Positions 62,420-64,000 of a DNA stretch of 64,000 nucleotides are shown here, in pieces. How positions within the stretch are numbered: position 1 is the stretch's first letter; each line of letters opens with the position of its first letter. The notes under the pieces are model-generated. The model saw only the letters and a list, made by a program, of their open reading frames with translations, was not told the origin of the DNA and made no database searches. Both the position numbers and the translations under genes were made by a program. Origin of the DNA: Kondoa subrosea (Eukaryota); contig BCIN01000001.1 of the NCBI GenBank assembly GCA_039545335.1, positions 1,224,604 through 1,288,603 of the forward strand, given 5' to 3'.

Positions 62420-63361
62420 ATGCCTATTACAATCATTGATTCGCTACCTACTTATACTACATTAGAAGAGCATGAAGCTCATCAGCAAACGACTCCTACT
62501 TCTTTCGATATTCCACCAGTGTTGCGTAGAAAAGAAGTAAATGTTCATGTCACTTTAACTCCCTCTGTTGAAGGTTGGCAAGAATTGCAACAAGGTATAC
62601 AAGGAGATCTTTATATTTCAGAAGGGTGTGCATGTCTCTCTGTCTCTCAATGGTGAAGTCAAGGCTAATAACTTGCATTTTGAACAGATCATTAGTCTTT
62701 TATTGCAATGAGAAGAACAAAGGCATTCAAGTCTCTTATCCTACTATAACATTGCATGCTATTTCTCGTACACCAATACAACCTTGGACTGGTCCATCAT
62801 CATCGTCGACAGAGGATACAGCAGTAACGTCTAATGGAAGCTCAACTGAAGGAGGACCTTGTATTTTCTGTCAGTTGGATGAAAGTGAAGGGAAAGCTGA
62901 TGATGAGGAGAATGAAGGACAAGAAGAGTATGAAACGAGGGATTTGATCATTACTCCAAAACAACCAGAAGATGGTCAGTCCGTACAAAAGCTTGAGACC
63001 GGTTTAAAGTCTCAACTTTTCGCGGGATGTGACAGTGGACGCGATCTTTGAAGTCCTCAGTTATTGCGCTAGCTTGTTCCCTTCGGAAATGAGTGAAGAT
63101 GATGAAGAAGAAGGACAAGGGATATTTGATAATCCCCCAGATGATGCGGATGTGAGCACTGTTCCTTGTTATATTGTCTCTGTTTGTAGGATCCGAAAAG
63201 CTGATGCTCTTTCTTTTGCTAGTTGTCGGCAGCTGGAAGGGTAAGATCAGATTTCAAAAATCCAGTCAGTTCTTTTTCCTTATTCTTTCTCTTACTTGGA
63301 AGAAAAAGTGGATTGACTGAGTTACTTGAATGAACAGCATGATCGATTCCAACCTTATTGA
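62420..63361 (+). CDS. LOT5: pICln/Lot5 (Voldacs domain) Sm-chaperone-like protein; an alternative isoform may end at 63521
   Basis: TPTSFDIPPVLR, GDLYISE, GIQVSYPTITLHAISR, PCIFCQLD, acidic tracts and VDAIFEVLSYCASL. Confidence 0.83.
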
Positions 63362-63588
63362 ATAGAGTGCTCGAAATCATTTGGAAAGCTTGTTTGATTG
63401 GAATGATGTGCCTAGTGATTATCGTCCTCAGTGGTTCAGAGATGGAAATGATGATCCGAGTACGGAAGATGCGGTTGAAGGAGATGTACCGAGGGCAAAT
63501 CAAGTCAATGGAGCATCTTGACCTGTTGCAACGATCTTTGATTCCCTTTTGAACCTAATCCTCTTCAGCTTCGATCAGGTCTAAAGAG

Positions 63589-64000
63589 ATGCGATTGGAA
63601 GATCTACCTCCAGAATTAGTAGCTCAGATCTTTACGCGATCGAATTTCGTCAATCAGTCCTTTGAAAGCAGTCGCCCTTATGTCAATAGCTGCTTGAATG
63701 CCTTGCAAATCTCTCGAACATGGAGAAACTTGATTGAACCTATTCTGTACGGCTCAATAGACTTGGAAGCTTGCATTTCGTGCGCCTTTCTTTGAAACTT
63801 GTCATTTACCTCGAACTGTGTACCAATGCGAGTTGAATTAGTAACAAACGTCGTGCTATCTTACCTGCCGTATTGGCTCTTTCGTGTTCTCTTCTTGCTC
63901 AAACTCTTTCTTCTCGATCAGAATTAGGCGAATTCGTCAAATCACTGAATCTACCAACTTTGGGTTTATCAGCAGAGAAAAGACCTCATTATGCTCAAGC
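63589..64000 (+). CDS. F-box protein, 5' part; runs off the right edge
   Basis: MRLEDLPPELVAQIF...LNALQISRTWRNLIEPILY is an F-box consensus. Confidence 0.65.

Noticed and set aside
1..64000. Transposons, CRISPR arrays, rRNA or tRNA genes
   Set aside because: By eye I found no transposase, reverse transcriptase or integrase motifs, terminal repeats, spacer arrays or cloverleafs. A covariance-model scan is needed to exclude intron-containing tRNAs.

Overview
Eukaryotic nuclear DNA from a very gene-dense, intron-rich fungus. The proteins look basidiomycete; Pucciniomycotina-like is my inference, not a database result. I reconstructed about 27 protein-coding genes by hand-splicing ~45-65 nt introns. 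Left to right: tubulin cofactor D (partial), IML1/DEPDC5, a secreted His-rich Kex2-repeat protein, SEN1, a PNPOx-like flavoprotein, an HRREGD-motif hypothetical, a small LRLRGG/Cys-rich protein, cis-prenyltransferase, a DHCR24-like oxidoreductase, P5B-ATPase, CLC transporter, VPS25, NUP159, UBA3, GH3 beta-glucosidase, UTP15, ERG28, an LRR protein, UBR7/Mlo2, an MFS transporter, OST4, an RA-PH protein, a tRNA m3C methyltransferase, bL33m, pICln/Lot5 and an F-box protein (partial). ERG28, OST4 and bL33m are invisible in the ORF track. I saw no transposons, rRNA, tRNA or CRISPR. The most striking signal is the splicing architecture. IML1 needs a single-nucleotide exon to stay in frame, and there are 3-, 5- and 6-nt exons and a candidate zero-length exon (abutting introns). 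One near-certain and one probable AT-AC intron carry U2-like signals; the first splits the catalytic Asp codon of the GH3 enzyme. There are also several GC-AG introns and a predicted alternative C-terminus for pICln. All exon structures are manual predictions without transcript data.
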